Shown: piece after piece, positions 28,916 through 36,125 of the stretch
How positions within the stretch are numbered: position 1 is the first letter of the stretch
How the letters are laid out: the number at the start of each line of letters is the position of its first letter
From: Pseudobacteriovorax sp.
GTDB taxonomy: Bacteria; Bdellovibrionota_B; Oligoflexia; Oligoflexales; Oligoflexaceae
Assembly (NCBI GenBank): GCA_050293845.1
Contig: JBNKNM010000037.1
Location: forward strand, 1-36,125
Direction of reading: 5' to 3'
Length of the DNA stretch: 36,125 bases
Position numbers and translations under genes: made by a program
Notes under the pieces: model-generated
Told to the model about the DNA's origin: nothing
The model's input: the letters and a program-made list of their open reading frames with translations, nothing else
Databases searched by the model: none

Positions 28916-29091
28916 TGATCCCCTGTAGTGACACTAATACCTTTATATCTCGGCAGTCATTTGGGAATTTTAAGTTACTGGAAAATCAACCAATTTGTAA
29001 AACAATGCTAAATATCTCTTTTATTAATGATAAAAGTGTGATTTGGTTCTTGAAACAACTACTTAATAATTATTTTAAGATAATCCTCTCT

Positions 29092-29838
29092 TTAGTAAGC
29101 TCCTTGACCTGAAAACACAACAAGCATGGTCTTCAAGATCAATTTAATATCAAGGGAAAAACTACATGAATTTACATACTCTAAGTCCATGTCCATCCAT
29201 TGCTGAAACGTTAAATCATTGCGACCACTGATTTGCCAGATGCAGGTTAAACCTTGATCTACAGCCAATCGCTTATAATAGCTGGAATCCCATGATTTTG
29301 CTTCGCCAATCAGGGCTGGCCTTGGACCAACCAAGCTCATATCACCTTTTAAAATGTTGATAAGTTGCGGTAGTTCGTCGATACTATATTTTCGTAAAAA
29401 CCTTCCCAGCTTAGTCACCCGCGGATCATTTTTTATTTTAAAAGCGGGACCTGACATTTCATTATAAATTAAAAGATCCCTCTTTCTCAGATCTGCATCT
29501 CGATACATGGTTCTAAACTTAAAGATGCGAAATATTCTTCCACCTTTGCCAACACGTTGTTGAGTAAAAATGACTGGTCCACGACTGGTCAGCTTAATGA
29601 GAATAGCAACCAATAATAAAAAAGGAGATAGCACCACAATACCTACCAACGATGCAAAAACATCGAACCATCGCTTGATACGTCCCTGATATTTTACTTT
29701 TCTAACGGGTTGAGGCAATCTACTGAGATTTGAAAGGAAGAGAGGTTCATACTCTTGTCCTCCCTTGGGGGGGATCTTAATAAACAATTGAAAGTCTTGA
29801 TTTGAATTAGCACCAAGCTTTTTATTCCTCCGATCCAT
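29092..29838 (-). CDS. Small monotopic phosphoglycosyl (sugar) transferase, Bac_transf family
   Basis: IKRWFDV, QRVG, FKFRTM, DPRVT, SIDELPQLINILKGDMSLVGPRP, WQISGRN; GGAG RBS. Confidence 0.95.
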   Translation of the reverse strand: MDRRNKKLGANSNQDFQLFIKIPPKGGQEYEPLFLSNLSRLPQPVRKVKYQGRIKRWFDVFASLVGIVVLSPFLLLVAILIKLTSRGPVIFTQQRVGKGGRIFRIFKFRTMYRDADLRKRDLLIYNEMSGPAFKIKNDPRVTKLGRFLRKYSIDELPQLINILKGDMSLVGPRPALIGEAKSWDSSYYKRLAVDQGLTCIWQISGRNDLTFQQWMDMDLEYVNSCSFSLDIKLILKTMLVVFSGQGAY

Positions 29839-29889
29839 AACTTTTCTACTCCAACAACGAGATCATCACAGCTTCAGCATGCTAAGAAT

Positions 29890-29906
29890 TGCAAGAGCAA
29901 GGCCAA
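29890..29906 (-). promoter_or_regulatory. Putative sigma54 promoter
   Basis: Minus strand TTGGCCTTGCTCTTGCA = TGGC..GG-N10-GC..TTGCA, about 50 bp upstream of the sugar transferase ATG. Confidence 0.6.
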
Positions 29907-30018
29907 CGCAATATGAGTTAACCCCCTAAAAACAAAAAATGTTTTAAAGCTTGAAACGTCTAGGGCTGGTGCAAGTGTCTATGAGGTATACACGACTGTA
30001 TTAGTCCGAATGTGAAGA

Positions 30019-30036
30019 AGCCCTGAAGACAGGGCT
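30019..30036 (-). terminator. Possible terminator after nrsF
   Basis: AGCCCTG-N4-CAGGGCT followed by TCTT on the minus strand. Confidence 0.45.
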
Positions 30037-30072
30037 CTAGATAGCTTTTTTATTATATATGCCAGATCCTGC

Positions 30073-30726
30073 TTAACGGAGCCTTCCGTAAAAATTCAGA
30101 AGGAGTTTCATACCCCATATTCCTCCTCCTAATCCAAGCAATGCGGGAACGTAATGATACAGAAGAAAGTGCCCTGAACTCAGGGAGATGCATAAAATTC
30201 TCGTGACGAGAGTGGCAAGAGATATTCCAGCGAGAACACTAAAGAAACTAATATGATTGATCTTGAACGGTGCAAGCCGCTTCAGCAACAAGTAGGTTAA
30301 AACACAAGCCCCTAGGCCGAACATCATCAATTTAAGTGAGCAAATAATCTCTTGTTGGGCGCTTATCCAGCTTAAATTAGCAAAATAATAAGTCTCTTGA
30401 GGCACATCAATAAGATACATTCCTAAGCTTACACTCAACAATATCAACGCTAAGAGCTTTTCACCTCTCTTTACGCGATGAGTCATGGGATCAGCATAGC
30501 GAAACGCATGGAATAAACTCCAGAACCCCACGATAGATAGCGCCACAATTTCCAGAAAGTACCGATTAAGAGAAACTTCGATTGAGTCCGATCTGGTTAA
30601 CAATGTAACAATAACTGCTAACGCTGTTACCACCAAAACAACCCAATAGAGGTAGAAAGGGAGCGAAGATCTAAAGGGAGTCAGATCATCAACTAGATCT
30701 TTAATAATATCCTGTCGTTGTTGCAT
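30073..30726 (-). CDS. NrsF/DUF1109-family membrane anti-sigma factor
   Basis: I..LV.DL.P N-terminus, six TM helices, conserved C (IICS), LAP, and C...S.GHFLLYH. Starts 1 bp after the sigma stop; ATG 30726. Confidence 0.85.
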   Translation of the reverse strand: MQQRQDIIKDLVDDLTPFRSSLPFYLYWVVLVVTALAVIVTLLTRSDSIEVSLNRYFLEIVALSIVGFWSLFHAFRYADPMTHRVKRGEKLLALILLSVSLGMYLIDVPQETYYFANLSWISAQQEIICSLKLMMFGLGACVLTYLLLKRLAPFKINHISFFSVLAGISLATLVTRILCISLSSGHFLLYHYVPALLGLGGGIWGMKLLLNFYGRLR

Positions 30727-30727
30727 A

Positions 30728-31279
30728 TCAGACTCCCTCTTCACCAAGTATTTTCCGTAGTAATTTATAAGCCCTATGGGCGGAAACTTTAATATTGGAC
30801 TCTGACCATCCAGTTTCTGCTGATGCCTCTTTCACAGATAACCCATCCAACTTAAGTAGACTAAACGCTCGCCTCTGTTTTTCTGGTAATTGTTTTAGAG
30901 CCCTTTCCAGATCAATTCCAGTTTCAGTCTCTATATTCGTTGCCTTGGTATCTAAGGTTTCATTGTAATCTGAAAATACTTCTCGTTCCTTAATGCGGTA
31001 GCTCTTGCGCAAATGATCAATAATTTTAAAACGAATGATTGCAGCAATCCATGGTTTGAAAGGCTTTTCCGGATTGTAGGTATGTTTGGCTTTATGAAAG
31101 GCTATCAAAATTTCTTGCACAACATCTTCGGCAATCTGCTCGTTGGTGAAACTTCTGCGAACCGACCATTTGATATACGGAGAAAGATATGTGAGCAACT
31201 CATGATAAGCGACTTTATCCCCTTCCTGGGTCTTCGAGAACAAACATTTACACCGGTTTTCAAATTCCGTAGATCCCAT
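30728..31279 (-). CDS. ECF sigma factor (SigF/ECF16-like)
   Basis: GDKVAY, AEDVVQEIL.AFH.A.HTY.P.KPF.PWI.AI.RFK.ID.LR, LPEKQR, SESNIKVSAHRA. Likely start at ATG 31279 (GAGG RBS). Confidence 0.92.
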   Translation of the reverse strand: MGSTEFENRCKCLFSKTQEGDKVAYHELLTYLSPYIKWSVRRSFTNEQIAEDVVQEILIAFHKAKHTYNPEKPFKPWIAAIIRFKIIDHLRKSYRIKEREVFSDYNETLDTKATNIETETGIDLERALKQLPEKQRRAFSLLKLDGLSVKEASAETGWSESNIKVSAHRAYKLLRKILGEEGV

Positions 31280-31603
31280 ATTCTTCCTCACCCTATTGGC
31301 ATCAAGTGTCATATTGACATCAAACAACAGTCCAATATATAAATCTTCAAGCCACTCCCCTACCAGCGTTACTACATCATAAATACATCTGATATGGGAA
31401 TTTCTTCACACCTATCCATACACACCATGACCCAGAATGTCAGAGAAATTTACCAAATGATCTTTTCAGCTCAGAGATTCAAATATAATACATTGCAAAA
31501 ACAGGTAGAGTTCCCCCAGAATAAGTCGGTGAAAAGTTTTAGATTATTATTGAAACAAGACCACTGCAGCTTGGTTGTTTGTTTTGATATCCCCCTTCTT
31601 TTT

Positions 31604-31631
31604 TGACTCCGCGGTTTTTCCGTAGGAGTCA
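31604..31631. other. Stem-loop immediately 3' of the cotH-like gene
   Basis: TGACTCC/GGAGTCA plus inner CGG/CCG, 4 bp from the stop. It has an A tail rather than a U tail on the coding strand. Confidence 0.4.
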
Positions 31632-31635
31632 GCGT

Positions 31636-32745
31636 TTAAAGTCTGACTAAAGCAGCATCGAGATGTTCAAGCCACAAGGTCATATTGTTCATTAGATCTT
31701 CATGACGTTGCTGATAGGTGAACGACTCTTTTAAGTACTTGTCATGAATATATGCCTTTTGTACCGCCCTTGTAAGGTCAATAAGCTCGTGACTAAGATT
31801 AAGAGAAGCAACGGTAGCCCTTGTCTCCTTGAGAATAGCTATATAGCGCGACAGCGTCTCCTTATCCGACAGCAATATGGCTGTCAATCGATTCCCCCCC
31901 CACAAACTTTGCTCAGCAAAGTTGTTGTGCTCGTAAATCCGGTCAAGATCCCAAGGATAAATTCTAAACTTGCCATCAATTGAAGAACGAGCAAGGAAAT
32001 AGTTATTGTTATAACCATCCCAATGATTGAGCAACACACAAGCAGCAATGTAGTGCAAGTATTGGTCGACATCCAAGATTTTCTTGATCCTACTTAAGGA
32101 AGGCTCGGGAGCATTCACTAGCTCCCAGAGATAGCGCATAGCAGAAAAGCTAGTATTTTCAGATTTGATTGCATAAGCGTCTTGCAATCGGGGTAAAAAC
32201 TCACTTTCAAATCCAGCATTTGCAAGTTTCGCCTTATATAGCTCATGCAAAGAAATATCACGAATGGCAAAAAATTCTGGGTCGATGGGTTCGATAAGCT
32301 GATATACCCCTTGGTATTCCCCATTTAGAAAAAGGGCAAAGGGCTCAATAAATGGCGTCTCGATTCCAGCCTGGCTAAAAACCCTGAACCCGATCGCTGA
32401 TCGTAATAGTGATGGATCGCTGAACTGAGCACTGAACCTAAGTTGGCTCCGATCGCGGTATCTATGACTATCTCCTAAATAAACTTGAAAACTTTTTTTC
32501 ACCGCATCCAAAGATGATTTCCCAGCATAGTGAATACCAACTTTGTAATGCTGCCCCTCAATTTTCATAGCTGCGCTAACCGCACGCTTCGCTTGAGAAC
32601 TATTATTGAGCTCCCCCAGTTCCTCAGAGTCCAGAAAAAACTCCACTCTTTTAATTCCTAAGTCCGGATATTCTGTATTGGTGGTGCTTCCGCAAGCATT
32701 TAAAAGTATTAATAAACCCATCAGGGTACATACCTTAAATTTCAT
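31636..32745 (-). CDS. CotH kinase family lipoprotein
   Basis: Lipobox LNA-C; KKSF, DPSLLR, LNGEYQGVYQLIE, LYKA, NHWDGYNNNYFL, IYPWDLD. Overlaps the upstream gene by 11 bp, GAGGTG RBS. Confidence 0.93.
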   Translation of the reverse strand: MKFKVCTLMGLLILLNACGSTTNTEYPDLGIKRVEFFLDSEELGELNNSSQAKRAVSAAMKIEGQHYKVGIHYAGKSSLDAVKKSFQVYLGDSHRYRDRSQLRFSAQFSDPSLLRSAIGFRVFSQAGIETPFIEPFALFLNGEYQGVYQLIEPIDPEFFAIRDISLHELYKAKLANAGFESEFLPRLQDAYAIKSENTSFSAMRYLWELVNAPEPSLSRIKKILDVDQYLHYIAACVLLNHWDGYNNNYFLARSSIDGKFRIYPWDLDRIYEHNNFAEQSLWGGNRLTAILLSDKETLSRYIAILKETRATVASLNLSHELIDLTRAVQKAYIHDKYLKESFTYQQRHEDLMNNMTLWLEHLDAALVRL

Positions 32746-33820
32746 AAATCACCTCAAACTTAGCACTGCTTTCCGCAAAACTGCGGTTTTTAGGATCAAC
32801 TCTTGAAGTAGAACCAATGCCTTCCAAATTGCATGATAGAGTTACGGGATCAAGGTAATAGCTAACTCCAACCAATAACTGGACTGAGTTAAAGCTTAAG
32901 GTCTGTAAGTCATGATATAGCAAGGTAGACTGTGAAATGAAGCGCCACCGCTCCCCCTCATCCCCTGGTAGCAAATAGTCATACTGTATTTTAAGTCCTG
33001 CAAATTGAGTCCGCTCATCCCTCCCTAGCACTTTATCCAGTTCGGACTGTTCGGGATCAACCCCCACTAAAGTTTCTGCTTCAAAACTATGGGGCTCTCC
33101 ATGCCAGATAAGAGAGCCCATCGCCGCCCAAACAAACTGGTAACCGTCATCAATATGGTCTGCTTGCAACTGTAGCCAATAGGCTAACTCCCATGACGGG
33201 TCTAGCTTAAACTGGCTAGAACCCACAATAGAGCTATCTTGAGCTTCTGAGTGCCCCAAAGTTAAGGATCGTTTTGTATCTTTGGTTTTATGATACCAGC
33301 GCACTTGAGTTTCCCGCCCAACATAAGTAAAAACCTCCATGCGTCGGTACAAGGGACTCCTGTCGATTGTCTTGCGATCACGTTTGCTACTGTCATATTC
33401 AAGGCCAAAACGCTTTTTCCCAAGACCAAATTCTATCTTAGTATCTTCATCCGACGAAAATTCCTTATTTACTATAGCTTCCCGAATTTTCGCTGAGTTA
33501 TCTTCAGAGCGAAAACGGACACTAAACTCCATTTTAAAGCCATTCTTTCGCTTGGTTTCCATCTCGATTTTACCCTGGTGATCGACTTCTCCATTTTTAA
33601 AGTTTTCTACTTTAAGCTCACTACTAAGATAACCATCGACCTTATATTTGGATTTATCTTTTCCTAAAGCTCTCCATTCAAAAAACATCAAACCTATGGT
33701 CGTAATGGAAAATAGGGCGTAACAGTAATAACGAGGGCGCATTCCATTTTGTAGACCTTGAGCTATAGTTGCGCGAAGAAATTTCATCATTTTCATCTGA
33801 GACAATAAGTAAAGCTTCAT
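32735..33820 (-). CDS. Outer-membrane porin, OprO/OprP (phosphate-selective porin)-like
   Basis: IREAIV...IEFGLGKKRFGLEYDSSKRDRKTIDRS...GRETQV resembles the family pattern G.FK.PF.LE..SS......ERS...GRD.G. Amphipathic strands, basic N-terminal half, C-terminal FEVIYEI. The start may be 33742. Confidence 0.7.
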   Translation of the reverse strand: MKLYLLSQMKMMKFLRATIAQGLQNGMRPRYYCYALFSITTIGLMFFEWRALGKDKSKYKVDGYLSSELKVENFKNGEVDHQGKIEMETKRKNGFKMEFSVRFRSEDNSAKIREAIVNKEFSSDEDTKIEFGLGKKRFGLEYDSSKRDRKTIDRSPLYRRMEVFTYVGRETQVRWYHKTKDTKRSLTLGHSEAQDSSIVGSSQFKLDPSWELAYWLQLQADHIDDGYQFVWAAMGSLIWHGEPHSFEAETLVGVDPEQSELDKVLGRDERTQFAGLKIQYDYLLPGDEGERWRFISQSTLLYHDLQTLSFNSVQLLVGVSYYLDPVTLSCNLEGIGSTSRVDPKNRSFAESSAKFEVIYEI

Positions 33821-33822
33821 AT

Positions 33823-34833
33823 TTAGTCAGCAGCCTTCCAACCAGCATATTCCACTATAAAAGTGTTTGTTTTTATCTTTTTGTTATCAGACGCGACAAC
33901 GATATACCCATTAGGTAGAACAGTCAAAGCCTCAGGAGATTTAATCTCACCTGGTAAGTTTATAACAACTTGGGGAGTAAAGCGCTGTGATTTACTCGGC
34001 AAATCACCAATGAGATACAATTGTCGACATTTCTGACTTAGCACAATAAAAAAATCTCCATATCTAGCGAGATCGCTAAAGTCACACTTACTATACCCGG
34101 CCATTTCCCACTGGCCAGTGACTGTATATTGATGGTGGCCATTTTCAATGTCTAGGTGCCGCTGCGGCAAATTTTTCCGCCATCCTCTCCAATGACTTCC
34201 AGAGGGAGCAATTTCCATCAGAGCTGCCGGAAACATCTCTTTTGCAACCCAAAAACGATCACCCAATAGAAGGAGTCCCTCCCCCAGAGAGTTCATCCGA
34301 AACTTGCCAGCAGAATTCCTGATATGATCAGGATAACCTTCTAGTAAGTCAAAGTTGACAATCGCTTGGATTTTATGGAGTTGCGGATCAATCTTTAATA
34401 TAGCTTCAGAGTGCTCCTGCATCAAAAAAACCGCACCCTGCTGGTCGACTTTTAAAGCCTCCCAATCTGAGTTCAGTCTTTTAAGGGTTTTCGCACAAAC
34501 CGAATTTCTATTGCTACGACAGAGGGAAAAACGCTCCATCAATAAAGGTGAGAGATCTACAATGTTGGTCTTCTTTGTATTTAAATTATAAATTGCTACC
34601 TCTGCCTTTTGATCTCCCACAGCAAGCAATTCCACTCCATTTGCAGATGATCGCCAATCAATACCTGATATTTCCTTTAGAGGAAGTGTGATACGATCCA
34701 GAACCTTTAAATCTTTATGGTTGGCATTAATATCAATATCTCCATAAATCACAAGCGCCAGTACTACAAAACCCAGTAGGATAACCTGTGTGAAGATAAT
34801 TTGCCTACGCTTAACTAAGTTCCAATGAACCAT
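33823..34833 (-). CDS. SdiA-regulated/YjiK-like beta-propeller, N-terminally anchored
   Basis: TM/signal segment, then blade motifs EISGI, DWEAL, GEGLL, DFSDLA, PEALTV...VASD. Confidence 0.8.
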   Translation of the reverse strand: MVHWNLVKRRQIIFTQVILLGFVVLALVIYGDIDINANHKDLKVLDRITLPLKEISGIDWRSSANGVELLAVGDQKAEVAIYNLNTKKTNIVDLSPLLMERFSLCRSNRNSVCAKTLKRLNSDWEALKVDQQGAVFLMQEHSEAILKIDPQLHKIQAIVNFDLLEGYPDHIRNSAGKFRMNSLGEGLLLLGDRFWVAKEMFPAALMEIAPSGSHWRGWRKNLPQRHLDIENGHHQYTVTGQWEMAGYSKCDFSDLARYGDFFIVLSQKCRQLYLIGDLPSKSQRFTPQVVINLPGEIKSPEALTVLPNGYIVVASDNKKIKTNTFIVEYAGWKAAD

Positions 34834-34841
34834 ATCTTTTC

Positions 34842-35537
34842 CTAAACTCCCAAGCGATCATTGGGATAAAATATATTAAAGCTAGCACTTGCATCATAAA
34901 TTTGCAGTTGATCTGATAAATTGTCATGTTGGCTTTTTGTTATATTCTTTGCATTAAAAACAAAGGATGTAATACCATCATAAGTTCTTGAACTGACGAA
35001 TTCTCCCTGAACATCTGCCTCTTTAAAAATGCTCTTAATCGCGGCTATTGACGTCGACTTCTTAGTGTTAAAAGTGACTACCGCAAAGCGACCATGCCGC
35101 AACATATTTATATTCCAAAAGTTGCGAATGGTCGTAAACCCAAATAAAATAGCAATCAAAGTTGCTCCAATAGCAAAGGAATAAGTTGCACAAGCTATGG
35201 CTGAACAAATGGCGATCACTATAAATGTTACATCCTCCGAACGTTTAACTGGTGTCCGGAAGCGAACGAAAGATAGCGAACCTAGCAGGCCCAAGGATAA
35301 AATTATACTGGACTGTATCATCCAAAATGTTGCTGTTAATGATGGTGTTAACAGAATCAGGCTACGGGCCAGACTACCATCTTGAGGTTCATTATCTTGA
35401 AAATATAAGTTATAAAGTAGAAATAACAGTAAACCAAACACAATAGCAACAACCATGGCTAAAGCAAAGCCACCTATATCACCATGAATTCTCGACTCTA
35501 ATTCCAGCTCGGTTAGCTGTTCTACTAAACCGTTCAT
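34842..35537 (-). CDS. DUF4956 family membrane protein
   Basis: IQSSIILSLGLLGSLSFVRFRTPVKRSED (family motif GL.GALS.VRFRT..K); 4-5 TM helices plus a C-terminal soluble beta/alpha domain. ATG 35537 lies 6 nt after GGGAG. Confidence 0.92.
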   Translation of the reverse strand: MNGLVEQLTELELESRIHGDIGGFALAMVVAIVFGLLLFLLYNLYFQDNEPQDGSLARSLILLTPSLTATFWMIQSSIILSLGLLGSLSFVRFRTPVKRSEDVTFIVIAICSAIACATYSFAIGATLIAILFGFTTIRNFWNINMLRHGRFAVVTFNTKKSTSIAAIKSIFKEADVQGEFVSSRTYDGITSFVFNAKNITKSQHDNLSDQLQIYDASASFNIFYPNDRLGV

Positions 35538-35549
35538 ATTCAACTCCCA

Positions 35550-36125
35550 CTAATAACTACTAGAATCACCGGTTAGCAAAAAGTTCATACCCAATAAAAA
35601 CTTCGAAAACGAAATTTGCGGTAGCCGCATCAGCCCTAGCAGGGGTAAATGGGGTCTTGGATCTATCGTTTTTATCTCTAAGACATGGTCTGGCAGTACC
35701 CCATAGATTTCACGTTGCATAATTGCGCTGGTGAAACTTTTGACTTCAATATTAGTATCCAAGGTCATACGATAATCATAAGCTCGGTACCTAAAGCGCT
35801 TGTACTTAACACGAATAACTGGCATCAATTCGCCAAACTGCTCTGCATTTGATCGTATGGCCAAGAACTGCGATTTATCGTCCCCCTGAGGGGATAGCTT
35901 ATACCACTCTGGAGCTATATCATCAACGATCGAAATAGGTTTAATAGCTTGCTTACTTTTGATGACAGTAAAGAGGTCCTTATCCTTCTGGTGAAGCTGC
36001 CTATAAAAGCCATCACCATAGCCCCTAATACGAAACTTATTTTTATAGGGGTTCCCACTTAAACATTGGTTGTAAAAGGCAAAATCAAATGTATCGTAGT
36101 AGATGGAGTCAACAATGCCAGCTGG
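35550..36125 (-). CDS. VTC-domain (polyphosphate polymerase-like, TTM/CYTH fold) protein, 5'-truncated
   Basis: Frame is open from the window end: PAGIVDSIYYDTFDF...KFRIRGY...LMPVIRVKYKR...RMTLD...VLEIK...FSKF. The ORF track shows only the last 104 aa. Confidence 0.92.
   Translation of the reverse strand, partial: PAGIVDSIYYDTFDFAFYNQCLSGNPYKNKFRIRGYGDGFYRQLHQKDKDLFTVIKSKQAIKPISIVDDIAPEWYKLSPQGDDKSQFLAIRSNAEQFGELMPVIRVKYKRFRYRAYDYRMTLDTNIEVKSFTSAIMQREIYGVLPDHVLEIKTIDPRPHLPLLGLMRLPQISFSKFLLGMNFLLTGDSSSY

Noticed and set aside
31394..31606. 70-aa plus-strand ORF as a possible sigma-regulated peptide precursor
   Set aside because: No RBS, signal peptide or Cys pattern, and it opposes the flanking genes.
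1485..35446. Many short ORFs overlapping long genes (e.g. 1485-1760, 3325-3738, 10428-10880, 14453-14875, 31013-31342, 35197-35446)
   Set aside because: Antisense or alternate-frame shadows of well-supported CDSs.
1..36125. CRISPR array, rRNA, tRNA, prophage, integron
   Set aside because: No regularly spaced repeats or diagnostic sequences or genes seen on manual reading.

Overview
About 36 kb of gene-dense bacterial chromosome, roughly 40% GC by eye. The gene content (TIGR02147 protein, VWA and FecR exported proteins, many lipoproteins, sigma54-like promoters) suggests Bdellovibrionota/Oligoflexia, but this is inference. Core or common genes include kbl-tdh, an ABC1/UbiB kinase, a SWIM-SNF2 helicase, a YdjM hydrolase, a penicillin-acylase-family enzyme, a Ser/Thr kinase, a small phosphoglycosyl transferase and an ECF sigma/NrsF pair. 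The most interesting element is a tightly coupled minus-strand operon at 31.6-36.1 kb: VTC-domain (polyphosphate polymerase-like) protein, DUF4956 membrane protein, SdiA-regulated/YjiK beta-propeller, OprO/OprP-like porin and CotH-kinase lipoprotein. It looks like a trans-envelope polyphosphate-making and extracytoplasmic phosphorylation module (hypothesis). Reading outside the ORF track found a cluster of gene remnants at 0.35-1.4 kb: an Ig-like fragment, an IS630 remnant and a relic copy of the sigma/nrsF junction that is intact at 30.7 kb. It also found an A10 frameshift at the ABC1 start, a perfect Fur-box-like palindrome, a Pho-box-like direct repeat and three sigma54-like promoters. No rRNA, tRNA or CRISPR array was seen. 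All family calls are from motif recognition, not database searches.
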